From Dicyema japonicum (taxonomy: Eukaryota; Animalia; Dicyemida), in assembly GCA_011109175.1 (NCBI GenBank), contig RDEW01000031.1, positions 1 to 64,000 of the forward strand: a stretch of 64,000 nt of DNA. Direction: 5' to 3'. The stretch's first letter is position 1. Each line of letters begins with the position of its first letter. A program made the position numbers and the translations under genes. The notes under the pieces are model-generated. The model searched no databases. It was not told the origin of the DNA and saw only the letters and a list, made by a program, of their open reading frames with translations. Positions 36,686 to 51,749 of the stretch are shown piece after piece.

Positions 36686-37795
36686 ATGTTTGGGGAAAGT
36701 ACGCATGCAAATTACTGGATGTTTAAATCTAGAGGGCATATTCTTTCGACGAGAAATAAAAACAACAATGATTACATTACCGAACACATAGTTAGACCCT
36801 TGTTTAATTGCACTAGAATCGACTAAAGAATTCAAATTTAGCAATTACTATGGAAGAAGAGGATATAATCCTCAGATTCTATTCAAAACTTATTTTAGCT
36901 TTTAACCAACCGGAAATTTGTACTCTTCCAAATTCGACTTTGGTCTCTGCTTATTATTTTAATCAATAGGCTATTGGACTTATTATGTTTCGCCGATTTT
37001 ATGTTGTTAAGTCAATAATGGATTATGATCCTGCAGAAATATCGTATTTATGTTTTTTACCAAAAGACTTGTCTGCCTTTATTTGGCCTCCAAAATTGAT
37101 GAGGTTTACGTTTCTTCTTCAAATTTTATCTCACAATGCGACTCTGTTGTCAAAAATTTAAAAATCCAAACTCCTTTAACCAAATCCAGGTTACTAACAT
37201 TAGAGATGGTTGTGATGAACGTTATTGACTATGATCTCGCATTCTACGAACCTTTTACCAGTCTTAATGGAATTCTAGCTTACTCTGATGTTGTTTTAAA
37301 TTTATATTTAGGTGGCATGTCTCAAGATATTACAGAATTTATTCACAAAGCATATAAAGAAACAGAAAACATTATCTTTAAAATTTTAATAACGGATTGT
37401 TCCTTGTTGTATTCTCATTCTTTGGTTGGATATTAATTTATATTGAAGATCTCATTTGTTGCACTTTTGATGGCCATCGAACGGCAATTTGGCAGCCGAA
37501 ATAAATTACACGGTAGAAATTTTGTTTTTTATCATAGTCATGAATTCTATCTTAGGAAAATTGAATATTTCTTTGGATGCTGATTCGCAGATGAATAGTT
37601 TATATTTTTGATTTATCAGTGATGAGAAATCTCATGGATATTGGAAAATCTCAACGATCTGAAGAAATCTCGAAAATTTTGCAAAAACTTAGACGTTGCA
37701 TCAATCCTGATCATGTTGAGTTAGATTTATTTTTTACCCTTAGATATGAAATTCGTGATGATGTGAAAAAATCAAAACTTTTGAATTATTTATAA
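36686..37795 (+). CDS. CCNH: Cyclin H (multi-exon)
   Basis: MFGESTHANYWMF, MFRRFYVVKSIMDYDP, CLYLASKIDE, LEMVVMNVIDYDLAFYEPF; short GT-AG introns; the first four exons were checked and are in frame. Confidence 0.88.
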
Positions 37796-37844
37796 TGAAA
37801 CTTGTTTAAATATTTATTATTGCATTTTACTAAGAGCCATATTA

Positions 37845-38010
37845 ACTATCGCTTCTACCAGACAGGACATACACTACATTTTTAAGCAAAGAACAATTAT
37901 GCTTACTAATCGTAGAGGGTGAACCAAGGAATGTTGTACTTCATTTTTTTTTTTTGTTAGGTGTGAGTCCTTTATAGACGATCCGGTTCTGCAGGGAGAT
38001 ATTCACTGAT
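37845..38010 (-). mobile_element. SINE partial copy just after the CCNH stop
   Basis: 3' half matches 8112-8330. Confidence 0.75.
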
Positions 38011-38224
38011 GAGTTTGATAGTATTAGTTTGTTCGTTATTAGTATTAATTCACTTTCGTTGTGCCATGGCTGTAAAAAGCATATTCAACCTGAGAAACTG
38101 CCAACAACATTCCCCTCTATTCGCTTCTATAACAGGTAAGCTCCTATAGTCTATCTAAGTCGTCTCACTCATCTAGGTGGTTCATGCTATTGAAAATTAA
38201 AACTTTTTTTGTTAGTTAATGTAA

Positions 38225-38380
38225 TCCTAACTATTTTTCCGCGTTGCTTCTCACGATACCAATAGAGATCACTTGAAAGAACCATTCGGTTTCACGGACG
38301 TCATTTCTTCTAACTCTACTGAGGCGTCCAAGTCTGAGAAAAGACAGTGATTCTCGCTTGTGACTACAGTTCTCTCAAGA
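38225..38380 (-). mobile_element. Old CRE-B-like 3' fragment
   Basis: GCGTTGCTTCTCACGATACCAATAGAGATC resembles 14610-14640. Confidence 0.55.
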
Positions 38381-38595
38381 ATAAAAAATGACAATTCCAA
38401 TGATCACGGAAAACATCAAATTAACGACTTATGTGATCCCGACAAGTTCCAACAGAGACCTCATCTTGGCCTAGTGCCCTTCCCTTGAGCCTACAAAAGC
38501 ACGGATAGAAGGTCTGACCAAATGCTCAGTGTAGAAAATTAAAATAGGAACAAATAAGCCGTCAATTAAAAAAACAGGATTTAACATTTGATTAG

Positions 38596-40298
<1,703 letters not shown>

Positions 40299-40659
40299 TG
40301 ATCTTACTTTTAATTTAAAATTATTTTTATTGAATAAATTAAAATTTTTAATAAAAAGTATTAATTATCTTTAAGACGTGACAATGTTTACAACAATGTC
40401 AAAATGAGCTATGGAAGAATTTATTGGTATAAGAACATGTAGTACAAAGCCGTGTTAAACATCAATGCTAATTCGAATAAAATTTTAACCAACATAAACT
40501 TATCTGAAATGATTTATAACTTAAACTGCGAAATAATATTTTGGGACTAAAACATTGACTTAATGTCAGCACTTTCGTGCTGATCTATGCGATATTTCAA
40601 TGATACAAGCAATAGAAATTAAATAGAGCACAAAATTAAAAACAAAAAAATTAATTTTT

Positions 40660-40873
40660 TTTAAATAAAATAATTTTTTTAACAATTAAATAAATGTCAG
40701 TTGAGGAAGCCTGTTGCGAGGATTGCGAACGAGTTCCCTCGGAGTATGGCTATTCCAATCTTTTGTCTTAGCCATAACCCTTCTCGTTGATACCTTTTCT
40801 TTCTGGCAAGCAATCCTCCAAGTTCTCGCAAGAACTCAGCCGTCATTGGACCAACGGCTCCCGATGATTCGGT
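40660..40873 (-). mobile_element. CRE-A extreme 3' end
   Basis: Near-identical to 13650-13852; stops at ..GATGATTCGGT. Confidence 0.9.
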
Positions 40874-41589
40874 AGATATTTTAAAGGGTAAAAATGAAAA
40901 CTGAAAAAAGAGTGTGCAGAGTTATTATTAGGGCGAATTGTGTTAATAAAGTAAAAAATTCATTTTATCTAAAATTGTTTAAAACATCCAAAAAATGTAG
41001 TTTTTAGTCAAAAGTAGAAAATAAAAATTTATGAAATCAAAAAAATGTTATGTTTGCTCAAAATTTATTTTTAGTGTCAATTAAGTCAAAAATTTTGTTG
41101 ATTTTGATTTTTAATTTTTCGAGTTTTTGAATAAAATTCTCACGTGTCATCAATTGTAAATTTGTGATGTCGTATTCAATCAAGAATGCCATTGAAAAGG
41201 TTAAGATCATTGCGGATTTTTTCTGCTCACAAAGGGATGTGGGACTTATGAGGCTCACTTATAGCTAAAAAATAGTTTTTATTGAATCATTCGTCTGAAA
41301 ACATCATTTTTTATTATTATTTCACAGATGTTACAGTAAAAAATATCTGATTTTCCTATCACACTACTGATTATTCGATCGATAAGGTCACTAAAGCTTT
41401 TGTCAAATCTGATTTTCCCTTGCATTAGTTGCATAGCAAAAGCTTATGTTGAACATCATTTTCTTTTCGCCTTCCGAAAGTAGTAGAAAATTTATGCCAA
41501 ATGAAATTTGACAGAAGCTATTTTTGAGAGCTGAAAAATTTTTGTTTTGATCGACTAAACCAACATTCAGGGACATATCACGCAGCGCA

Positions 41590-41880
41590 ATTAGAAACTA
41601 GAGGTCGACAAAGAGAATGGATAAAAATACGGTTCGAAGCAAGATGAATGACACGAAATGGGAACATATCCCAGGTGTATCTGAATTAAAGTGAATACAA
41701 GGACGTCCATTTTGACAGGTTGATTTCTGTTGTTGAACTGTAGTCGAAAACTTGAGAAAGTGCGCGGAAGAGATTGAAGATTCTTCAGTTATACAGAGAG
41801 TCTATTTTGATTGGGACCTCAACTTCAAACACCAGAGCTTTGCTTTGGATGCTAGAACACGAACCAAAATGGACTCTTAG
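41590..41880 (+). mobile_element. Possible Ty1/Copia gag remnant
   Basis: FDRLISVV..LRKCAEEIEDSSVIQRV resembles the copia gag (UBN2) region. Confidence 0.35.
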
Positions 41881-42050
41881 TGAAGACGTTATCTAACCAT
41901 AACAGATTATACGTGCTGACGTCTAAGGAATTCAACCACTTCTGGCCTTATGGAGAAGATAATCTTGGGGTGTTTTTTTCCTCTTATTATGGAGCCTCCA
42001 ACGAAATTACGAGAGATATGAAGTGATCACGTTCATCAGATGGTGACGAT

Positions 42051-42745
42051 CAGGCATGTCAAACTCAAAAAGCTCCAGGGGCCGCATAAGATAATTTGAG
42101 TATACAAGCGGGCCAGACTAACAAATCTGAAAAAATCGCAATCTTATTGAAGTGTATTTAATACTTTGAAGCCTAGTACACCTGGATCTGTAATTCAAAA
42201 ATCGTTGAGAAACATGTGATTATTCTGATGTCTTGTGACTCACCTGAAATGGCGTCAGCCATTTCGGAAAGGGACGAAAAGAGCCAACAACTTCTCCCCA
42301 TCATTCATGGGGTTCCCTTAACCTATAAGCGGCTGTATTATGTTATAATTTTCAATCTTTAATTTTTTTTGTCCTGAGGTGCATCTTTTTCATGACAATT
42401 TTTAGTATATCTGGCTTTAGTGCATTACCAGTTTCAACCTTGATCAAGGATGACAAGTGTTCATCAGTCAGTCTTGTTTTCTGAGATTTTGTTAATTCAT
42501 GAAGGAAGACAACTGTTACATACATAGACGTAATAGAAAATTGCCATAATATTTGTTGAAAAGTCTCTGAATTTTATAAACTTTTCAGGAAGATATTTCC
42601 ACTTCGAGGTATTTTGCAGAATGCATTTCTAATATTTCCATCTGCAAGTTTCCTTTTCTTCTTACCTAAAGTCCCATTCTAAATGGGTTCAGTTTGCACA
42701 GTGATTTATAAAGACAATTAATATAATAACCGGCATGATTCCACA
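42051..42745 (-). mobile_element. hAT (SPIN/GTF2IRD2-like) 3' remnant
   Basis: End CAGGCATGTCAAACTC..GGGCCGC; LTKSQKTRLTDEHLSSLIKV..KPDI. Confidence 0.7.
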
Positions 42746-42829
42746 AGATACAACTTATTTTTTAAAATTTGTTAAAATCGCGTAAGGGCCCGTGCTTTTC
42801 CAAACACGTGGAAGCAAGCACTTTGTATG

Positions 42830-43405
42830 ACAGTAATCATTGTTCTGGAAAGTTCACATATGTTAAGCTTATGATCAATTTTGAGCCCTTTATTTTTAAT
42901 GTTCTAATGGCCGGTTTCCCGTCTCCGACTACACCAAGTACGAGATCACTGATATACGCAGACGACATGCTACTGTCTGATGTGTCAAGATCGAGCATGA
43001 TCTCAGAGAGGAGACTCAATGTTTACATGGAAGAGATAAAATACTGATAAGGTCTTCATGGTTTAAAACAGTCAGAAGAAAAATCTAGCACAATGAGGTT
43101 CTTCGTCGGAATGGTAAAGGAAATCAGAAAGCTCCGTATGCGGAATCACATTGTGAGCTACCTGAAGTATCTCGAAACAGCTTTTGAGAAATCTGGGAGC
43201 ATAATGTGCAATTTAAACTCAAAAGGATGCGATCTGTGTATGAGGAAATTGAGACTCGAAACGGATATTTTTATTTATTTTTTCACGTACGATCATTCCA
43301 TTACTTCTTTATAGACTGGAAGGATGGTATTACACTGCATACAAAGAGCGTTCTATTTTGCTTCTTGAAAAATCGAGGAGAGCAGGGATAAAGATTGCCC
43401 TAAAC
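42830..43405 (+). mobile_element. LINE RT C-terminal fragment, continues after the hAT at 44711
   Basis: LIYADDMLL, LKYLE. Confidence 0.65.
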
Positions 43406-44710
43406 CAAGAGGTTGTCAAACGGTGTGCCACGGCACACTAAGTGTGCCGCGAGACAATTTCTAGTGTGCTTGCAAATACAAATTTGAATAATTTATATAC
43501 ATTTTTTGACCTAATTAATTTAAAAAGATAAACAAATTAAAATAATTACTAAAATTAAAATAATCATTTTTTATTATATTAAATGACATTTACATTGGTT
43601 AACCATTATTTATTAATTTTTTAATAACGTGGCATCAACGTGCTTATGGGTAAATCAGTTCGTCGTTCTTATAAAGATTCTTATTTGTCATTTGGATTTA
43701 TATGCAAAGATAAAAATAAACTACCTTAATGTTTAATTTGCATGGAAGTCTTGGCAAATGATGCTATGGTTCCTAGCAAACTAAAAAGCTATTTTACTTC
43801 CAAGCATCCGACTATTCCGAAAAATCTGTGAATTATTTTATCCATTTGAAAAAACACCACACTAGTATTTTTAGTTTTTACTATGAGTCTAAATGATGTT
43901 CAGTGAAACTTTTGTAAACACAAAGAATCATTGAAATGTCATACCTGATCTCAGAATTGATAGCAAAACAACTAAAACCTCACACTATTGGCGAAAACTT
44001 AATAATCCCTGCTTGTCGTATTATTGCTCGGACTATGTTTGGTCTTAAATATGAACAAAAAATTAAAGAAACTCGGTTTTCATTACAACTTGATGAATCC
44101 ACGGATATTGGTTTATTTTATATTTTAATTATAATAAGGATATAATGGTGAATCGATACAGGGACTGATTAATGAACATTTAATAATTTTGGAAAACAAA
44201 ATGGATGCTTATTTTCCAGACTTAGAAATTGAAAAATTCGATTGGTTATTATTTGTTAAAGAAAATGAAGAACTTATTGCACTGTTTAATGATCGATCCT
44301 TAAAATTAATGATGACGGAGTAGACATTGGAGAATTCTGGATATATATTCGAAACATATATCCCAGTTTATCAAAACAAGCACTGACCATAATTTTACAG
44401 TTTTCACGACATATTTATGCGAAACAGGTTTTTCTACGATGCATAATATGAAATATAACAAACGTGAAAGTTTGAGAAACATTGATGCGGGTGGCTTTGT
44501 CAACCATTCGACCTGATATTGATGATATATGCAAAAACAATAATAATTAAGATTTCATTTTTTATTAATAAAAATTTGGGCATTAAATTACCAATTTTAG
44601 TACTTAGTTTTACACATCTTAAAAATTTAATTTTTTATTTTTTAATGTGTGCCGTGGATTATTTTTTTTACGATTAGTGTGCCGCGAGAATTATTTTTTG
44701 AAAAGCTCTG
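43406..44710 (+). mobile_element. Internally deleted hAT (Charlie/Buster, ZBED5-like)
   Basis: Ends C(A)AGAGGTTGTCAAAC and (rc) CAGAGCTTTTCAAA; CCTAAAC duplicated on both sides; BED-like CLICMEVLANDAMVPSKLK, KPHTIGENLIIPAC, FSLQLDESTD, TTYLCETGFS. Confidence 0.88.
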
Positions 44711-44999
44711 CCTAAACAAAGGCTCGACGAGAAGCTATATGAAGATGAAAATTTCATAGTAATGTCGATCAGAGATGCAGCAGAAAAAGGATGGAAAACT
44801 TTTTAAAAAATACCATCATTGACACGTATGTCGCAGCACAGAATAAACGATAGAGGGGTCTGAGAGCGCAAAGAAGATTCCAAGCGTTCGCAAGACTTGC
44901 GGCACTAACTCCCCTTTAATTTTTCCTTGCTAATAAAGTTGTTAAAGTTTTAAGTTTAAGCGTATGAAGGTATTCTGACCATGTAGAACGTCATAACTG

Positions 45000-46650
45000 C
45001 AGCCTGTCAATTTGACGCCATTGACAGAAATCCACTGCTTTTCTCTGATGATCTCATGTTAATGACGCAGACCGCTTCAATGTCGTGGACTGTATAATAA
45101 TCCTTTGTGCCTGCGTTCAAAGGGTCGTATGCGGTCAGCGGACCGCGTATTTGACATTCCTGACCTAGACCATTATGCAAAACATATATGAAAAGTTAAA
45201 TGACTTACCCTAACACGTTAAACGGAATATGACAGTTAGAAATCGTTGCAACAATGTGTAGACCCGCTAGATGGAGAAATTCTATCAAGAATTCGGAGCA
45301 TCCAAAAAGAAAAAACAAGAGCTCAAAGAAACAGTAGATAAGAAGTGCTGATCTTGAAGATGGAATGCTAGACCTTAAAAACAAAATTTTTGGAGGATAA
45401 ACCAAAAACTGATGTGGCCAAGGACGCTCCTGCCCTTGACTACATAAAGATAAAAGTATTTAAAAAACTAAATGGCTTTTGAAGGCCATTTGAGTTATAT
45501 TTGATGGCAGTATTAAACTTGGATACCTTTCCTGGTGGAAACAAATAGTCGTGCAGATGGTGACCAAACCAAAAAAACCAAAAAAAGATCCGCTAAGTTA
45601 TCTTCCCATAAGTCTGATCTGCGCCATGGCAAAAATTATGACAGAGATGGTTTATAAAAGACCGTTCCACATTGTTGAAATGATTTGCTTTCTTAACCAG
45701 TAATATGATTTCCGGACTGGCAGATCCGTTGGCGACTATCTTTTTCTTCTAAACTCTGAAATAATCAAAGTGAGAGATTTCAAACGTCAGCATTCAATAA
45801 TGTGTGGTACTAAGACTACTATGCCGCTTAAGTGAGACATTGGAAAATAATTAGGTGGGTGAAGGACTTGCTGTCGAGAAGGAACTTATCCATTAAATAT
45901 GGTGGATTTTTGTCAGAACCAATAGAACAGAAAAGGAGCACTTTAGAATTCATTACTAAAACCCCCGCCATTAAACATTTTAATTGCCATTATTCCAATA
46001 CACTACTGAGGACACCGAGTATGGAAATTCATTTTTATGTGGATGAAGTCGAAATCTCAGATATGTCAAATGAAGAAAATTGTACAAGAGACTTGACAAT
46101 TAAATCTAGGAAATCAGAAATGGTGCGTCTCCAAGGGGAGAACAAAATCAGCTTAGAAACTAACGTTCTGGGGATCTCCAGCTTCGAAGATTCAATGGAC
46201 AAAGTTGCACGCAAGGAACATAAAAGATGTTAGTAACTTGCATGATCTTGGATTGTTAAATGAAAAAAATGGGACTTTATGAAAAACGTAGCTGTTAGAA
46301 AGAAGAGTGTCATTCAAGCTCTTCTGTGTATGATAAAGTTAAAAATTGGAAAAGAGATTATCCTCCTGTCCGAGAGCGTGAATGTCTCGTCACATGTTAA
46401 ATAGGTAAGGACTTTACTACATCAGATAATAGAAAAAGCAAAAAGTGCGACTAACAAGCTAAAGCTAAAAAGAGAAATAAAAAAGGAACAAACATTGAAG
46501 AAAACGGTCTTACAGAACATATGGAAACGATGATACGAAAAAAAACTAATTCATGAAAAGAAGTCATTAGAGACTTCAGGATATGAAAAAAATGGTGAAG
46601 GAAATTTGATAAAAGTATATGGCATATGCTACGACAAATGTTAACTAACC
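45000..46650 (+). mobile_element. Highly degenerate LINE ORF2
   Basis: KKDPLSYLPISLICAMAKIM, homologous to ORF 60100-60552. Confidence 0.6.
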
Positions 46651-46715
46651 ATCTTCATTAACAAACATCTTTGTAGACTTAAGAAAACTAAAATATTAAA
46701 TAATCAAAATAATAC

Positions 46716-46787
46716 GGCCCAGTGGTCTAGTGGTATGATTCCCGCTTTGGGAGCGGGAGGTCCCGGGTTCAATTCCCGGCTGGGCCC
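46716..46787 (+). tRNA. tRNA-Pro(TGG)
   Basis: 72 nt; acceptor GGCCCAG/CTGGGCC, anticodon stem CCCGC/GCGGG with loop TT-TGG-GA, T-arm CCGGG-TTCAATT-CCCGG; downstream T-run. Confidence 0.97.
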
Positions 46788-46910
46788 ATCATTGTTTCTT
46801 ATTTTTTTATTAAAGTAAAAATCAATTTTTGCATGAGTCATCAGTGCGGATACAATAATGGCGTATCATTATTATAATTATATTAAGAAAGTTGATAATC
46901 TGCTTTTTAC

Positions 46911-48960
46911 TCGGTCGCAACAAGAGTAAATCGGTAGCGGCCCCCGAGGCAAGAATATTTCTTGATTTTTAGGTTCTCCGCAGTCGAAGCAGCTGCTCCA
47001 GGTGTCTGAACCGATTTGAAAATATTCGTGCTTGAAAACGTGTCTACACAAGTTGCGTCCCAGATCAAAGATCTTCCAGACATGAAAGGGAAAAGGGTCA
47101 TCCCGTCAGGTCTCTTTCCATCTCCTCGATCAAGACCCACTGGTTCAAGCTGTACTGGGAAGCTTGTAGCCTTCAGAGCACTGACGATCACATCGTTCAG
47201 AGCAGCATGACTTGGTCCTCTTCCGGCGCTTCTTCTGCAGGACAGCGGGTGCAATTTCTTCGCATTGACTGTTTTCCCGATCGGCATCGGTGTTCCTGGC
47301 AAACGTCTAATCCTAGTCTTTGTCCGATGGGGGGGGATTTTGAGTCCGTACCGTTCCATTTCCGACAAGCTTAATAATAATAAATGACACATAATTATAA
47401 ATGAGATGAATTTTTTATTAATGGAAATAATTAAGATATTTAATTAACACGGCCATCTATCCAAAGTGGACCCCGCCGACATTATCGACGTTGCGTTGCC
47501 TCTCACGACATACTTGAACCTGTTGCCCTGGACAGAGAAGACGGAAAACGTCCCGACGGGATCACAATTTTCCCATTTGAAGAGGAGAAACCTTTGGTCT
47601 GGTACGCTACTTGTGTCGACACACTTTGCCCGGCCAACATTGTCGGAAGCGCGGTTGACACACTGTATGCCGAGGAAAAAACGATGAGGGCAAAAGAGAA
47701 GAAGCACGATAACTTATGAATTATATTTTATTAATTTAACAATAAAATATTATTTATTAACAATGGGGAAAAGCGGCTGCTGACATTACGAAGTAAGCGT
47801 TTCCGCGGACAACTGCATTCCCAATTTGTTGCCTCAGTCAGACCGCTTCCCCCACGTCTTTCTTACGATGGGCCAATTTCCTGTCGATTTCCTTCAGGAA
47901 AGACTCTGTGATACTTCGCAACACTAGACATCTAGATTGCCACCGGTACAAAACGAAAGCGGTCTCCAATTTCGCCATATTTTTTAATCTTGATTTTCTC
48001 GGCCAGATCGCCTGCAAATCTATCAGACTGCGCAGAGCTCAGCATCATCGAGTTCGAGAAAGAATTCACAACATTGCAGTTACATATCAGTTATTTTCCC
48101 TCAGTGAACGAAAAGATAGTTAGCCCATCCGGTCTTTTCCCGTCTCCGCGGGCTCCAGCACTGCCGGGAAGCCTGCAGCTTCAAGCGGATGCTTGACATC
48201 GACGCTCCCTCCATAACGGCATTAGTGTTCGACGCATACATAAAAACTCTCAGACTCTGTGTGATCCCAATCCGAATACAGTCATCTTCCAAAAGGGTCC
48301 CGAGAGAGGAACACAGTAGAGCATCTAGCCATGCTCTGCTCCCATGGTTGGCCTCAGACTTTAACACGTCGAAGATTTTTTTAGAGTAAATCTCATCCAA
48401 GTCGCGTTTCCTCGAAGGATCGTTTGGCGTATCCAAACCAGTTTCACACCATTCGCGGCGATCTTCTCCGAAAACTTATTCCCAAAATAGTCCGGTTGGA
48501 AAACGTAGGATATCTCGGACCAAAAGACTTCCGCTTGAGAGCGATGACAGATATACTGGAAAGGCGACCTCCAGCGTCGACCTGAGACCCGTACCTCCGA
48601 GGCGTGTAGGAAGCTTGCATTGATTCCAGCTCGGCACGTCAAAGTGGATGTTTTGAAGCAATTCGGCTGATTTTCTCAATGTCCTTTCCAGTGACAGGAG
48701 GATGTCACGATGTTTGAAGTAAGGAGAACAACGGAGATCATATAGGAGCTTGGACAAGCCGATGTTATTCTTCAAAAGGAAGAACGCTGCATGAGCATCG
48801 AGTAAGGAGAGTTTCTCCGTAACTCTAGAGTTTATTCTCTTTTGTTAGTAGATGGCTCCGCAGTTCATTTTCGTCAAGTGGACACCCAAGAAAGTATGTC
48901 CGCTCCCTGTGTACGACACTAATTCCAGTAGTACCGATTTGAAAGACTCGACCACGTTGA
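46911..48960 (-). mobile_element. Second copy of the CRE composite (A, B, inverted B, C); C extends into the RT C-terminus
   Basis: Same order and junctions as 13850-15960, with different internal deletions; LPTRLGGTGLRS at 48476-48775. Confidence 0.9.
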
Positions 48961-48989
48961 TAAAATCACTCTCCGAGTATGTGATATTT

Positions 48990-49445
48990 ATTATCTCCGA
49001 TTTCTTTATATTTATCTCAAGTTAAAACCCTTTTCCCAGCTTTGAAATTGTTGTACAAACAATTATTGAGCCATCTGTCAGCTATGCCTGTACGTCATGG
49101 GGAATCAATCTGTCCTGAACGAACAAACAAAGAATCCGGGACATTCAGGCCTTAACAGCCACTACTATTAATAATCTCGGGAAACTAGAAAAACTAATAC
49201 TTTCATCACTTGAAGACCTTATCCGACAAAATGGAAAGGGATTTGCTACCCTGTGCAAGCAGTGCAACTCTCAACAATACACAGCCACGACGTGTCTTAT
49301 AAGAAGGGTATACATCACCCCTCTCCAATTCCTATTCCTGAAACCACCCCGCCGACAGAGAAGTTGTGTTGGATCACAGAAGGCGCACGAGGAGAAAATG
49401 AGAATTCTGATTGGGGCCTTCGAGATCACTTAATTAATTTAGTAG
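48990..49445 (+). mobile_element. APE-type LINE 3' part
   Basis: YKQLLSHLVSYACTSWG-like region; ends GAGATCACTTAATTAA. Confidence 0.6.
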
Positions 49446-49689
49446 TTAAATTAACTATTGGTGTTCTTGGGTTAATAATCTCAAGTCCAAGGTATCGTAG
49501 TGCCTGCACAGCATGTGACAGATTGTCATGAACTTGGTTCCGTATGCGAGGTAGACTAGTGGAATAAGTTCCGGGGTTCGTTTGCTTCTAGATTCGAAAA
49601 TTTGATCTTACTGCAGTGAATTGAAGGAATTGCAGATGTTCAGCTTGACCCCAATATATGGGTTCTGTCCAAAAAAAACCACCTCGCAA

Positions 49690-50130
49690 CATGCACTGCC
49701 GTTTCGCATCCGTTCCTTACACTGATTACCAGTTGGAGGCAGTTCCACAGTCAGAGCGAGCATGCAGCCCGCTGAGACATCTTTATGAATCCGAGGTGGA
49801 AAAAGTCCCCCCAAGACGAGCAGAAAAGTTCATATTTGCGTTCATTGGCATAACCGCATGTAGAGCATGTTGTGTCCAGTATCTTGGGTATAATATGTGT
49901 TGTTACATGATGCGAACGTCGCTATATGATGAAGTTGCGTAGTAATGAGTTATTCTTCAGTTCAGGTCCGTAGGTAATGAACAATTCACGATTCAATTCC
50001 GCACCACAACACCACCACGTGTAAGAACATATAACGGTTTTAAGTCTGCCTTTGTCACGTGGAGATTCATAGCAAATGCTCCATCGAATCAACTCGCTAT
50101 AAAAGTCAAGTATTCGCATTGTGGTCATGA
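49690..50130 (-). mobile_element. Decayed CRE 5' region with PHD finger
   Basis: CSTCGYANERKYELFCSSWGDFFHLGFIKMS..LWNC aligns with the PHD at 18030-18167. Confidence 0.6.
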
Positions 50131-50169
50131 CAATTTTCCTCTACTCACTGAAGTGACCCCAGTAAATCC

Positions 50170-50420
50170 GGACCTAGATCCTCTGGATTTGTTATATTGA
50201 CTAATCGTTGAGAGGAGACCAAGGAATGTTATTAATTTACTTTTTTTCCTTTTTGTCGCGTGTGAGTCCCTTTAGACAATCAGATTCCGCAGTGAGGCAT
50301 TCACTCATGATGGCATCACTCATCAAGCCAAAAACATAATAGATTCATCGAATCTTCAACCAGAATGAACAGTATTCGAACCCGAAAAAATCTGGATCTG
50401 CGACAACCAATACACTTAAC
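50170..50420 (-). mobile_element. SINE diverged copy
   Basis: B-box GGTTCGAATAC and core GCTTGATGAGTGATGCCATCATGAGTGAA. Confidence 0.75.
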
Positions 50421-50479
50421 GAATTTTTTATTGTTATGTTATTATTGTCCCAGAATCACCGGGTTAAAAGAATAAAGTT

Positions 50480-50830
50480 CTTAACTAACTAAGTGACCCC
50501 AGGCCGACAACTTGGACCTGGATCCGCCGGGGACGGGAGTCCAGAATTGCCCTTCTAAAAGGGCAGGGCTTCGGCTTATATCTCCTGTTCGTCTGGAGAT
50601 ATGAGATGAGTAGCTCATGCAGAAGATGATCTGGTATCTTGGCTTTTCTGATGAGAATTCTTTGTTTTTGGATGAAAAGATCTTCTATAGAAATAGGGGA
50701 GAATGTTGGGCCGATAATAGTCTTTGCGGCCTTTTGAATATTTGATGGTCGATGTTCTTGAAACAAACGAGGACCAAGCCTCACTTGTATAGAGCAACGT
50801 CGGCTGTACAAACTGTTTGTAGATCACGAA
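50480..50830 (-). mobile_element. APE-type LINE 3' end
   Basis: IYKQFVQPTLLYTSEAWS; tail GGGGTCACTTAGTTAGTT. Confidence 0.7.
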
Positions 50831-50900
50831 TTTTTTAATATGAATTTTTATTTTAATATAATTTTTTAAATGATCAATTTAAATTAACATTTGTTCTGTT

Positions 50901-51691
50901 ATGTCCATATTGCCTTTTATTGTAGTTATCCATATTAAAATATTATAGATAAAAAGATATGCCACCACTACAGCTAATGTGACCGTATTTATATTTTCTA
51001 TTAAATAGCCACCTTTAAAATTGTTTGGCATTCCAGGGAAGTACGCTACTGCTCTCTATACTGCAGCTGCCAAAGAGAATAAACTTCCTGATGTTGAACG
51101 CGAATTGTTATCAGTCAAAGTAAAAAAATTTAATAAAACTAAGAAATTGTTTGATTCTGATGCCAATCTTAGTACGGTCGCCAACGATTCTTCTTTGTCC
51201 AGAACTGACAAGAAATGTTATTTTTTTATCTTATTCGCTAGCTTATCTTGAACATGTGCTAGGAAAGAAAATAAAATCTAATTTATTGCTGAATTTTGTC
51301 GGTTACTTGGATTTGTGATTAACTTTGTAGGATTGATTGCTGAAAATGGCCGTTTTAATAAATTTGGACAAATCATGAGTTCGTTTGGTGAGTTGATGAG
51401 TGCTCATCGTGGAGAAGTATTCTGTAAAGTGACCACCGCTTCTGTATTTAATTTTTAATGCTAGACAATAACTGATTCACAGAAAAATGAAATTAGTTCA
51501 GTTTTGAAATTATTTATTAAACCAACTGAAAAAATTAATTTGGAAACTGATGTAACCACGATTATCTTAACTTTAAGGTTGACCCAGCGATTTTGGGTGG
51601 AATGGTAGTAACCGTGGGAGATCGATACATTGATATGTCGGTCGCTTCTAAGATCAAAGATTTAACTTCTGTGTTGAAGCAAAATATTTAA
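50901..51691 (+). CDS. ATP5PO: ATP synthase OSCP subunit (7 micro-introns)
   Basis: MSILPFI|IKRYAT..|[61 protein letters not shown]; introns 21-29 nt, in frame. Confidence 0.93.
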
Positions 51692-51749
51692 CTTCTAATC
51701 TTTACTAATACTAATTTCTGATTTCACTAAAGCATCTTCGTAGCTTTAT

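Noticed and set aside
40874-46910. Polinton or LTR element explaining the 6-kb block
   Set aside because: No TG..CA LTRs, no AG..CT TIRs, no polymerase or integrase remnants.
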